From contig JBITNC010000002.1 of NCBI GenBank assembly GCA_050084985.1, positions 4,526,001-4,590,000 of the forward strand: a DNA stretch of 64,000 bases, written 5' to 3'. The translations under genes and the position numbers were made by a program. The stretch comes from Nageia nagi. Taxonomy: Eukaryota > Plantae > Pinophyta. This document shows positions 27,801-39,899 of the stretch, piece after piece. Below the pieces are notes generated by a model. The model had not been told where the DNA came from, searched no databases, and was given only the letters and a program-made list of their open reading frames with translations. How positions within the stretch are numbered: the stretch's first letter is position 1; each line of letters begins with the position of its first letter.

Positions 27801-30800
27801 AAATTATCATTACTTTGTCAATCCAAAGTAGTATTTTAACATTGTATGCAATAGAAAACCTTGATTTAGATATATGAATAGTGTTTTGGCAAATACACAT
27901 AATACTAGAAATAAAAATGTTGGAATGAAAATGCTTGGAAAAGAAATAAAGAATGGAAATTGAAAGAATTAAAAGTTCACATGGTATAAAGGAAATAAAG
28001 TATTAAAATATAAATTAAATAATAGACCCTATTACAGCTATAAAATACTTCTATGAAATTAACATGATACTCACAAGAGTGTATAATTGGTATAAAAATA
28101 AAATAAAATAATTAATTAAGTAAAGAAAATAAATATAAAGAAGATTTCTACTTGTTGGAGTTCACCAGACTCTTACCAATAGAAGCTCCAAAGCTAGACA
28201 CTTAGTGGCTGAAAAATAAGTGTTATTCTTGCTTAATCATCATATTATCTTTGGATCCATTTACAAAGGAAACAATATTAAAGAGTTAAACTTCAACTTC
28301 TTCCTCTTCTACTTATTACAATCTATCTATTTTATTGCATAATGAAAAACTTCTCTTTCCAACTAGCATCCATTTCCTTGTATATGAGATGGGATTTTAT
28401 TATTGCTAAAATAAAATAATTTCCTAGAAAGACTATTACTATAACAAACATCTTATTTTTACCTAACTCTAATGAGTATAAATCAATATTTTATTATATC
28501 TTGCTCTTCTTTTGGGTGCCTCCAACCTGTAGAAGATACGGTGGTTTATTTGTTTGTATTTAGTGCATCCAAATATGAAATATATATATTCCTAAAACTA
28601 TTTAATTCTTTCCAATATCTGTTTGTTGTCATCAAATCCTATTATTTTGGTTGAGTGGTAAAGTGCAATATTTTTTAGGATAGAAAATATCCAAATTTTG
28701 ACATTATCATTTCATTGTTTCTTTGATCTTTTATTCTACTTTGTTGTCTTCAAAGTTACTTTATTCTTGGAGATAAGTTCTGCTACAATTTAGCATTGTA
28801 AGGAAATGCCAAACACTCATTTTGCTAACTAAATTTGAGTGTTGATATCATGTGTGTCTTTCACTATCTTCAATATCACCATCCATATTCATATTTTCAT
28901 CCATGTATGAAAGCAGTTGTGATTCTTTTATATACAATTTAGTTTTCACAAAAAATTGAATAGCCTAGTTTGGAGCTTAATAAGTTTCTTTGTATTACTC
29001 CATTTGCATAATGTGGTATATAGATTGAAAATATTTTTTTATCCATATAACATATGACCTATTTCATAAACATTTGACCTTTCAATTTTACCTCTAAAAA
29101 TCATAGTTTATTCTTTTTCCACCTAGAATTATGCACTTTCTAAAATATTATAAATTTCATAACTTTTGTAATATTGGGTCTTTTTAGATGATGTAAATTT
29201 TTCTTAGTATCCATTATTGATAATACATGGCCTTCAAAATTTTATTATATTTTAAGTATGTTTGACCCTTTTTAAAGGCTCTACAAGTAAACTTATTCAT
29301 AGTACTAAGGTTAAATTTGTAACTTCAATGCATTGTATAGAATTGTAACTTTTTTGTTGATGTCTCTTTATCATTCAATGCTCTAAAGCATATTTTAATT
29401 CAATGTACTGAAGTTACTTAATTACTTTCCTATTCATCATTTGTGTTGAAGTTACTTTAGTGTTTTTCTCTTTTGAACATTTGCATTGAAGTTACTTTAG
29501 CACATTTATATTGTTGCACTGAGGTTACATCAACACATTTGCATTGTTGTGCTGAGGTTACTTCAAAGCATTTTCTTCTATTGGGCTGAATTTTTTTCAA
29601 CATACTTATTCCTCACCATTGTGCTAAGGTTTCTTCAACATAATTATCAAAATCAATGTATTAGGGTTTCCCAATAAGACTTCCTTTTATAGCAAAAACA
29701 TTAGTAATTGCATTAAATGATGTTGAAAACATTTCAAAAAGCATGAAAGTTTTAACAAGCACTCAATACACATCTTACATCTATTTAGATCAATTAAGCA
29801 TATAAAACCATGCATTACTACTATCTAAGTATCAAAAGTGCAATATTTTGGCTAGATATTTATGCTAAAATATGTCATTTTTGGTCTCATCAACAAGCAT
29901 ATGATTTTTTAAAATTGAGTATATTAAATTCCAAATTATTAACTCAATTACCTCCTTTCATTAAATTATGGTCTAATTTTGCAATCATGGAAAGAGCAAA
30001 TTATCACTTTTTGGTAGATTTGTTACAACAGTCACATCATCATTTGGGTCTTGTGTTTGGACATGAAGATTATGTAATGTAGATGAAACATGAACACAAG
30101 GGCACAATAAGATTCAAATATGACCTAAAATTATGTTAAGTAAACAAGCTTATTTTCTATGCATTCTTTCACATATTATTTTGTCAAATAATTCCCAAGC
30201 CTTATGCATTCTTTCACATTTTGCATACATGTCTATCAAGGCCTTGTGTATTTTATCTGTCTTTATCATATTTATCATAGTAGTCAATTTTTACAAGTCT
30301 ATGCTTATAATCATGCCATTTTTTATTATATTTTACAAGTGCATAAATGAATCTCGTATGGTAGAAGGTATACTAGAATCTTATCTCTAGATGTTACACC
30401 AGATGCAAAAGCATATATATTACAATGAAAGATTTTTTTACTATATACTTTTTCATTTGATGCAACTACTAAGGTGAAGTGAGTAGAGGAGAGAATATGA
30501 TTGTTTCCAAGTGATATTAAACTATTTACAAGTAAAAACACATATCAATATTAGACCATAGTGGTTTTTTGACACTTGAAAAAATTATTGGTTGGATAGT
30601 TGCTTTCCTTCTCCAAGTCAACTTTTGGGATCCATTTCAGATATCTTTTAAGCTCCTTTTTCTACAAGCATATAATTTTTAGAAAGTTGGTATATTAACC
30701 ATCTAATTTTGATATTTTTCATTTCCTTTGGTTCAACAATGGTTCAATTAAACAAGTATGGACAAGATAGTTTGTCACTTTTTGATAGATATTCTACAAC

Positions 30801-32004
30801 AGTCACATGAACACAAAGATCAGCATAATATGTGGGCACCCAAATGTTGTGAACCTCTCCACAATGGGAGGATAAAGGTTGCACCACCATGCTATTTCTA
30901 GTTTTCATCTTGTGACAAATGATTAAGGGATGATTTCTTGATGCCTAGACCTGTAAGAAAATAAATGTTAAAGGGAGTCTCAACACTATAGTCCCTTAAT
31001 ACCATAGAGTGTTGTCAAAGAGATGTGTTAAACCTCCTTTATGCCATGATTGAATGTATATACCCTATCCCAAAATCAAATGAGCATTCAAAAGAAATAA
31101 AATACCTACAATGCAAGGTGATATGTCATGCTATGCTAAGATAATGATTTAATGATAAAACAAGACTAAACTACCATGAATCTAGCCTAAAATATGTTAT
31201 ATGCTCATATAAATGTAGAGAAATGTTATAAGAAAAGGATACAAATGCTCCAATAGCTCCAATATAGCTTCCAATGACACCCAACACCTACAAGAATGCT
31301 CAAAATATATCATGTGAAGCACTATGGGTGGATAGGGATTAGGATCTTGCTCATTGCTTTAGTTGTGTGTGGGTGGAAGGTTAGTAATGGTCATGGAGTA
31401 GATAAAAATGAGAGAGAGAACCAAGAGAGGGAAAATAAAATTTTAAATTTACCTTTATATATTTGAATTCATATCGATAGGATGATTGACCTAGCCTATT
31501 GGTCAGTTAGCAAGCTAATTGATCACACATCTAGGGCAACTAGTATACCAATCTAGGGATTGACATACAAGGTTAAAAATGCTATGATGGAGAAATTAGG
31601 AGAAAACATTGAGATGCAAAATGATCTAGGGAAAGAGGTGATTTTGAGGTATTTACATATGCCTCCTTTTGAGATGAGGTTCACGAGGTGCAAAACTCAA
31701 CTCAAAAGAAAAAGAGAAAATGATGATGATTATGATGAATGTTGAATGATGAAATAATAATGATAAAGATTAATGATCAATAAGATATTGATAATGATTA
31801 TTAATGATCAATTACTAATAATGTTTTATTAACACATAAGAAGATGTGGAGGTATGAAAACCTACACATGCTAAATAAAAAATGTTAGATGCTCTCAAAT
31901 GATATGGTCAATGAAAAGGTGACAAACTAATGACTACGCTAAATTCTCAGGACTTGAGATGATTCATGCTCAAATACATGATCATGCTACCAAAAGTAAA
32001 CTTT

Positions 32005-33025
32005 ACCCCATGTTGAAAGGAAGGCAAAGAAAAAATAATGGTAGCAGTGACCCTATTGCAAGTGATAAAATATTATGATGATATTTCCCTATGCTAAACA
32101 GAAAGCAAGGTATGTTAAGGATAAATTTTCCCCATGCTGAATGGAAAGTAAAGAAAAAACTAATTTTGCCTCATGTTGAATGGATAGCAAAGGAAAAACA
32201 AATGATAAATCCTACCCCATGTTGAATGGAAAGTAAGAATGATAGAAATGATAATCCTTTCCCCATGATTAATGGAAAGCAAGAAACAATAATGATAAAA
32301 TCCTAACCCATGCTCAATGGAAAGAAATATGAAAAATGATAGATTCTTGCCCCATGCTCAATGGAAAGCAATAATAATATGCTAAAGGATAAGTTTGCCC
32401 CATGCTGAATAGAAAGCAAAGGAAATATCCTTAAATGATGTCTTTACCCCATGCTAAATGGAAAGAAAAAAAAAAAGACAATGATAATTCTTACCCATGC
32501 TAAATGAAAAGCAAAGAAAATATTATGATAAATCTTGTCCCAAGTTGAATGGAAAGCAAGAAATACAGTTCTAAAGGATAACATTGCCACATATAAATGG
32601 AAAGAAAAGGAGATCTCCCCAAATGATATTTCTACCACATGCTAAATGGAAAGAAAATATTATGATAATGATCAAAGTGATATGTGCATAAGGTGATGCT
32701 AAAATCCAATACAATCATGTTGAGGGTACATATAGCTATAACATCTTGTAATGCCAACAATGTCATGTCGTAATAGTTTGTACCCTACAAAGGATAAAAT
32801 GATAAAGGCCAACATAGACAAGTTGAGAGTACATATAGCTATAACACCTTACGATGTCAACACTATCAAGCTATAGCTAGTATGTACACCTAAAAAGATG
32901 GCATAGATTATCAAAATGGTAACCTTGCACCATAACGATAGATCTTTCCCAGTTCTAAATGGAAAGCAAGTAGGAAGATACTCAAATGATATACATTACC
33001 CTGTGTTAAATGGAAAGCAAATATG
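32005..33025. repeat. ~45-bp-period tandem array with core CCCATGCTRAATGGAAAGCAA (~16 copies)
   Basis: The core recurs every ~40-80 bp from 32007 to 32655, with two outliers near 32948 and 33000. Confidence 0.85.
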
Positions 33026-34227
33026 ATAATGATCAAGCGATAGTGCTAAATTCATGTATGATATATTGTTGATATGTTGGGATGTCAATGCGATATTGGA
33101 TATGACTTAAAATAGTTGATACCTCAAGCCTAAACATGAGAGAACAAAAGGTGATGTCAACAAAACATCATCAAGTCATTAATAATTTCTCATTGATCAT
33201 TGATATTCATATGCTTGATGACTCATGATATTCTATTTATGCTTGATTTGATCATGATTTACATGCCAAGAGATGTTTGCTTGATATGATATATGCTTAA
33301 ATATTTGATTAAAAATTGATCAATGATAAATTATTTGCTTTTGATAAAATATATGATAAATGATATTGATTTGAAGTTGTGAAAATGATATTTTCTCATT
33401 AATTAACTAATGATGATAGAGAATGAGCGAAGAGCTTCATCCATCTCAAAATCCACTATCATTTATTCCATAAGACTATATTTCCCTCAAAAACCATGAT
33501 AGTCAACAATCTATGATCAATCTCAGAGGAGTGATTTAAGGAAACCCAATACATTGATTGTGACTCAAGTGGTTACATCCTCATTGGGAAATGAGGCCCA
33601 TGGGAAGTGATAATGATGTTGAGTCTAATGAACATCAAAGATATGTGCATATGATGACATGAGTGTGATGCTAAAATAAGCAGCACACTTGATGAAAGGT
33701 GTCCAAGGATAATGATGATATGATGAAGATGAGAAAGGATAATGTTTATGATGATGATCATAATGATAATGATAATATGATAGAGGATGGTACAAGGTGA
33801 TATGATATTGATGATGTGATAAATGATGACATGATAATATGACAAATATGCATGTCATACAAGGAGGAGATAATGCTAGTGCTATCGATAAATGATGACA
33901 AAGATAAGACATGTTTATGGTGGGATATGGATGATTGCAAAGGAGGAGTAGGCTATAGTATCGAATCCTAAGATGGCATGCTTGATGATCTATGCTGAAG
34001 TGATGATGCCTAGATGACAAGATATGATAGAACTAAGGACAAATGATAATGAAAAGTTAAGGATAATTTCCATGTTCAATGGCTCATCTAAAAAAGTTGT
34101 TATAAGAGTATGGAAGTCCAAACTCATGATAATCTTGCTCATATGACATTGAAGCTTTGCTTTGATCATGGTCAGGAAAAGAATTGTTGAAAATCCCCAA
34201 ATTTTGATTAGGTGGTGTGATTGGTGC

Positions 34228-36282
34228 TTATGTTAATACTTTATCATTGTTAATAAGATCTTGGATATCATGCTTCAATCGCATGCACCCATTGGTATTG
34301 TGTCCACTTTGTTTATGATACTCACAAAATTGATTTTCTTTGTACCAAGGTCTTGTTGTCGCTCCTAGATTCTCTTTGATTGGGGGAAATGTTAAAATAT
34401 TTGTTTGTAATAAGTTGGGTAGGATATATGAAAAAGGCTCCTCCAAATAAGTGAAATTTATTCTTTTCCTTTGGTTGTTCAATTGCTCTTGCTCATGTAT
34501 TATTGGTTGTTGATCCAAATTTACTTGGTTGACTTCATATGATGGTTGAATTTTTGGTTTCTTTTTATATGCTTGATAATTTTCATTACGCTTTAAATTT
34601 TGATCATAATTTTTCTTGCATAACTTGATGTCACTTGATTGGATCTTGACTTCCTTAATGAGTTTTTCTTGTGATAAAAATCCTCAAAAGACTTGTGTTA
34701 TATTTGCAAGGTGGAGGATATTTGCATGTTACAGCATTCGCTAAAGATATTGATAATTTCTTCTTGTGGAAAAGTATACAAAAAATATGTTACAATTGTT
34801 CTCTATCTTAACACATAATCATTTATAGATTCATCATCATATTGTGATATTCTTGTTAAGTCTATGATAGATGATCTTTTTCTTTTGTTGATGACAAAAT
34901 GGTCCAATAAGAGATTATCTAGTTGCTCTAAATAATAGATGTTATGTTGGGGCAAGTTGTTGTACCAATCCAAAGCTCAGCCCACTAATGTTATTGGAAA
35001 TTTCCTAAGCATGATGACATCATCATTGCTTATAAGATAGCAAGAATACTTAAATTGCCTCAACTGCTCTCTTGGATCTTCTTTACCTTTGAACTTTGCT
35101 ATTTGAGGAACTTCAAATTTGTAGAAAAATTGTTTGATTGGAACCATGGGGTTGATAGGTTCATTGACAATCGATTGATAAGATAAGTTGCTCTTTTTTT
35201 TTATTTTTGGTACTTAATTCCATATCTTGTAACCTCTTCAAGATATGATCATGATGTGTTGGAGGTTTTCGGATCCCCATGCTTTGCACTTGATATGTTG
35301 GTTAGTGATAGCCTTGTTGTATGATTTGTCCCAATGGTTGGTTTCATGTTGGTTAGGAAAGAAATTGACCTTGAGGATGAGTCACTAGATTGATGTATCC
35401 TTGATTTTGATATGATGGTTTATTCACATGTTGAAAGGGGAGAGGTTGAATCACATTTTGATAAGCTTGATTCATGATACCTTGAGAACCCATTTATTGA
35501 AAGTTATCTTGGATTTGGTTTAGATTTGGTTGGCTTGCTTAATAGGAAGTATTGATTCAACCAACATTGGAAACTTGAGTTGATTTAGTTTTATTTTGGT
35601 ATGGGACTCTCAAGTGAGGGACTTTATGATGTAGCCATAAACAATAATATTCAAGTTGACTTGGAGTGATCAAGGGGTTTGATTGCATAATAATAGGTTT
35701 TGATGGATTGGGAGTCCTAGTTTGTTGAATGTGATGAAGAGATGTTAATCCATGATTATGGTTTATGTGTTGTGCACTTGATACGAGAGTAACACTTGAT
35801 GGTAAGGATGTGGTCAGGGATCCTTATGAGATCATTTGTTGCAAAGGTTGAGATGTGATTTGGGTTTTTGCAACATATGGTGATGTCTTGATAAAAGAAG
35901 GCTGAGGCTCATGATATGAAGGATCATAATGATAAATCACATTTTGAAGATGAGAAGAAGAAGGCATGCTTTGATTATGATGTTGTTCAAGGGTAAATTT
36001 CTCAAAAAATGATGCCAAGGTTTCTTGAACAATGGGATCATCAACAAATTTATTTTTGATGGCTTGAGGAAGGTTTTGAAACAAAGGATGAGACTTGATT
36101 TCACTAGCCAATTAGGAACCAAGAGGCATAGTGACATGAGGAGAAGAATGATGAGAAGGATGAGAGGGGGTTGAAACATGATATTGAGGGGTGATTGGCC
36201 TATAAGGAAGGGGTTGATATGGTGGTTCTTGATATTGATCTTTCTCTTAATCTAGTTGATTATACCAAGGGGTAGCTACCAT
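34228..36282 (-). pseudogene. Decayed Tat/Ogre-type gag
   Basis: Starts MVATP. Long Pro/Gln-rich N-terminus, a capsid region, and a knuckle PWYKENQFCEYHKQSGHNTNGCMRLKHDIQDLINN. Confidence 0.85.
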
Positions 36283-39200
36283 GTTCACATGAGGCTCCCT
36301 ATTAAATTTCCAAGGATTAACTAACCTTGAAAAGAAAGGAACAAATAAAAAGAACATTGTTGCTAAATTTAAATATCCCAAAATTTTCAAACAAGATAAG
36401 AAAATAAACACCAAGTTTAAAGGGTTTTTTTATGATCTTGATTTAATGTATGCAAAGTTAATTTACAAACACCTTATATGATAAGATAGCAATACCTATA
36501 TGATTATGATTTGATGATGATTAAGATAGAAATGGTGATTATCTTGATCTAATTGATTCTCATTCAATTTGGCTATTATCTTGATTAATGATTAGTGATT
36601 TTATGGTAAATTGACCTCTTGATTAGTTTTCCTAAGGATTGATCTAGTCAAGTGTTTTTAGTTGAAGGATTGATCTTTAGGGGGATGAAACATTTAAGGG
36701 ATCAAATTCAAGTACCCTAACTTGATAATGACCTCCAACTATGGGTGACATTGTGGTGGTGAAATCCACATGCCTGACAAAATCCTAGGCTCATGTGATT
36801 AAATATGCAAGGTTAATTGACCAACAGTATGCAACTAAATTGATGCAAACTATAAATTACACCCTTCACAAGATATGATAAGGCACTCTTCACTGATGCA
36901 AAAACAAAAATAAAAACCTAAGATGAAAACACCAAACAAATATGATCTAAAGCACAACATAAGTGGGATACAAGCCTAGGGGAACCTGCTCCAAGATCCT
37001 AATACATAAAATGCCTATTGTACAAGCTCTAATCTTAACCAATACATTGCAAACCAATTTGCAGTATCAATTAGTGGATCATTCAACTAGTTGGTCATAG
37101 CGATACCCAGAGAATTTAAAAATACAATATAAAATGTTAAAAATAAAAAATAAAAGAATATGGTTACAACATAGGTTCAAAAATGTTGGCAGAGGACTAT
37201 TGCCACCTAGTTATAGAGCTAGACTACTAACAAAATGATAAAAATAATATAAACCTAGCTAAAAAATTCAAAACCTAAAAACAAAGCCAACTAGTACCCA
37301 CAAGTCCAATTGATAGGGATGGATTGGTTTGTTATAGGTTGGTTGACTAATGGCAGGCATTTTAAAAATGTTGGTGACTTGAGTGGGCCAATCAGTAGAT
37401 GCTAAGTCGGCTACATGCTAATCAATATGCTGAAGATTGTTTAGAATCTGCAAAATTTTTGCTAAATACCAACTAGTGATTGGTTGGGAATGAGAACTTT
37501 GAACCTTCAAAATCCAATTTCAAATGCGTTTAAGATGATACCTTGAAATAATCAATATGTTTCAATGATGGTAAATAAGTGAAAAAGAGAAAGAAAGGGA
37601 CAAAAATGAACATCCAAAAAAGAGAAAGGTTGAGAAAACTCCTCCAAGTTGATGTCCTATGGACTAATGGAGGCACCACTGTGATCACCAATCTATGGGC
37701 ACCCAACTGTGGCAACCCTCTCCATAATGGGAGGATCAAAAGTTGCACCACCATGCTATTTCTAGAGTTCATCTTTTGACAAATGATGGAGGGATGTGCT
37801 CTTGATGCCAAGACCTACAATAAAACAAATGTTAGAGGGAGTCTCAACACTCTAGTCCTTTAATGCCCTAGAGTGTGCTCAAAGAGAGGTGTTAAATCTC
37901 CTTGCTTCCATGATGGAATGTATAACTCCTATTCCACAATTAAATGGGAAATAGAAAGCAACAAAATGCCTATAATGCAAGGTGATATGCTCATATTATG
38001 GTAAGAAAATGATAAAATGATAAACAAAGACCAAACTACCATTTTAATTATGCTCAAATAATTAAAATATGCTCTACAATATTATTCTAATATGTCATAA
38101 TTTATTTGTAAAAATGATCTAATACAGGCCAAGCAATGAAGGAGCCCACAACATGTTCCATTTTTTTTATCTCATCATTATGTTTATGCAACATGGCATC
38201 TATTTAGGAACCACATTTTTTGTGTTCGGCTAATTATTACAAGGATGTTTTGTGTGTTTGGCTAACTATTACATTTTTTTAGGTCACAATGATTGATCTG
38301 AGATGCCTCAAGTAATTGAGGATCATGAAGAAAACATGATTGAATGTGCTTTTAGTCTATATCTATTTTTTTTAAATAATTATTAAGAGATAATTTTAAA
38401 CACCCCTTTAAACACTTCTGTGACGATTTGAAATCATCCTTTTAAACACTATTGTGGCAGTTTGAAACTACCCCTTATACTTCTGAATGTGGTGGTTCTA
38501 AACCGCCTCTATATAATTCATAATCATTCCATTAGAACCTTAAGCAATGATTTATGGCAACATAGGTCAATGCATAATAATTGCCACCATCGACAATAAG
38601 ACTTTTACCAATGTGGGCTTAGATGGTGGTTGGTTAAGCATTGGTAAAAGGCTTCGATGGGGGTTTTATAACTACATTTGAATGTCATTTCTAGTCTAGT
38701 GTATGCTATAAAGATTAATTTGGTCCAAAAGAATCATCCTGCATTCCATCATTTTGGTTGAATTTTATGCATACCACATGTTGGATCTTGCAGTATTCCA
38801 TGTTATTGGGTTTTTGAATAGGATCCATTACATGATTTCAACAACTCCTTACTTGAAGAGATACCCTCTCTTAGCACTCAAATCTAGCACAAAATCTTGA
38901 TAACTTACAAGTAAATGCATTTGCTAGTATTGGTACTTGAAATAGACCTCTCCTGTGATCCATAAGCTTTGATATCAAGTGGATACCTCCCTCTCAACCC
39001 TTAGAAAGGACCTTATTCATTCTACTAGAGATATCAACAAAAGGATCAAGAAGGAAATCTACTCAACTTACCTAAGGATAACTTAAACGAAATTGAGAAA
39101 ATTGCTTTCATCAAAGATCTTCCATGATCTTCAATTCTACATGAAAATAGAGAATAATTTGATTGTCATCCTTGACTACATCAAGCTACACAAAACATGG

Positions 39201-39899
39201 TCTACACTTTCCCATTATCCACATAAGAGCTCGCTCACACCAACTCCATATAAAGACAAACTACCATATCCCTTGAGACTAATGTATACGCAAACTATAC
39301 AACATGGAACCAAATACTGGAGAAAATTTCATATTCATTTGTCCCATCTATTATGAAATCCAATGTTGATTCCATTTTTTATTTAGATATGCCCACACTT
39401 TGAAATCACGAATGAATCATGAAAATAAAAAATATGTCACACTATGTATCAAAAAACCACCCATATATAAAGTGATGCCTGAAAGATTCCACATCACAAG
39501 TTTAGATTTATCACATCTTATTTTCAACTACATTAAATTATGAAATAGAAGCATCGTGTGAACCCTAAATACTTTAGAAGGATTATTCATTGATGTATTA
39601 CTATTAAACCCACTAGAGTTACTTTCTTCGATTATAAAATTAGGAGCTTCTTTTCGACCTTAAATATTGAAGGATTCCCATGACTACATATGTAGACTAT
39701 TTTCCTCACTTAGGTTTATTGTATTTGGCACTTTCTTTTTTATCTACATTTCACTCTTTCACATCAAAGTTGCACTAAGTACTCCCTTACTCTTCTTTTA
39801 TGTATTTTTCTACAATCTTGTTCACCATTTTTCTAGTCACTCATGAATATTAATACTAAATTTCAATTTCAAATTATGAGGACTCTATCTTGAGACAAA

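Larger units (their letters stand above)
14289..29892 (-). mobile_element. Athila-like gypsy LTR retrotransposon, internally deleted, with an interrupted 3' LTR
   Basis: 5' LTR 27599-29892 (TGATGAGA...TCTCATCA), with a decayed TGGCGCCGTTGCCGGG-type PBS at 27575-27595. 3' LTR 14289-24970 in pieces (14289-14830, 24024-24380, 24820-24970), next to PPT reverse complement TCTCCCCCA at 24971. TSD ACAAT/ACAAG. The empty site is preserved in the paralogous CACTA unit at ~30662. Confidence 0.8.
30817..38060 (-). mobile_element. Tat/Ogre-like gypsy element, gag only, with a truncated 5' LTR
   Basis: ~360-bp direct repeat (30817-31175 vs 37680-38045). PBS-like TGGTGCCTCC at ~37669-37678. Gag relic and an internal tandem array; no pol seen. 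Confidence 0.75.
9380..38701. mobile_element. CACTA (En/Spm) DNA transposon, 29.3 kb including nested insertions
   Basis: Left end CACTAGATAAAAAATG at 9380; right end CATTTCTAGTCTAGTG ending at 38701. 3-bp TSD TAT on both sides (9377-9379, 38702-38704). Subterminal GGTGG-TTTAAA-CCRCC-like repeats at both ends (9400-9675, 38390-38680). Confidence 0.8.

Noticed and set aside
13920-30816. Apparent segmental duplication or misassembly (13920-14830 and 24050-24970 versus 27600-30660)
   Set aside because: It is explained by the two LTRs of one element plus a tandem unit of the CACTA core, and the copies are well diverged.
32005-33025. CRISPR-like repeat/spacer look
   Set aside because: The context is a eukaryotic retrotransposon, the cores are degenerate, the linkers resemble each other and there are no cas genes.
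33573-34020. His/Ile-rich ORFs in three frames
   Set aside because: These are translations of low-complexity (ATG/GAT)n-rich DNA in the retroelement 3' region.
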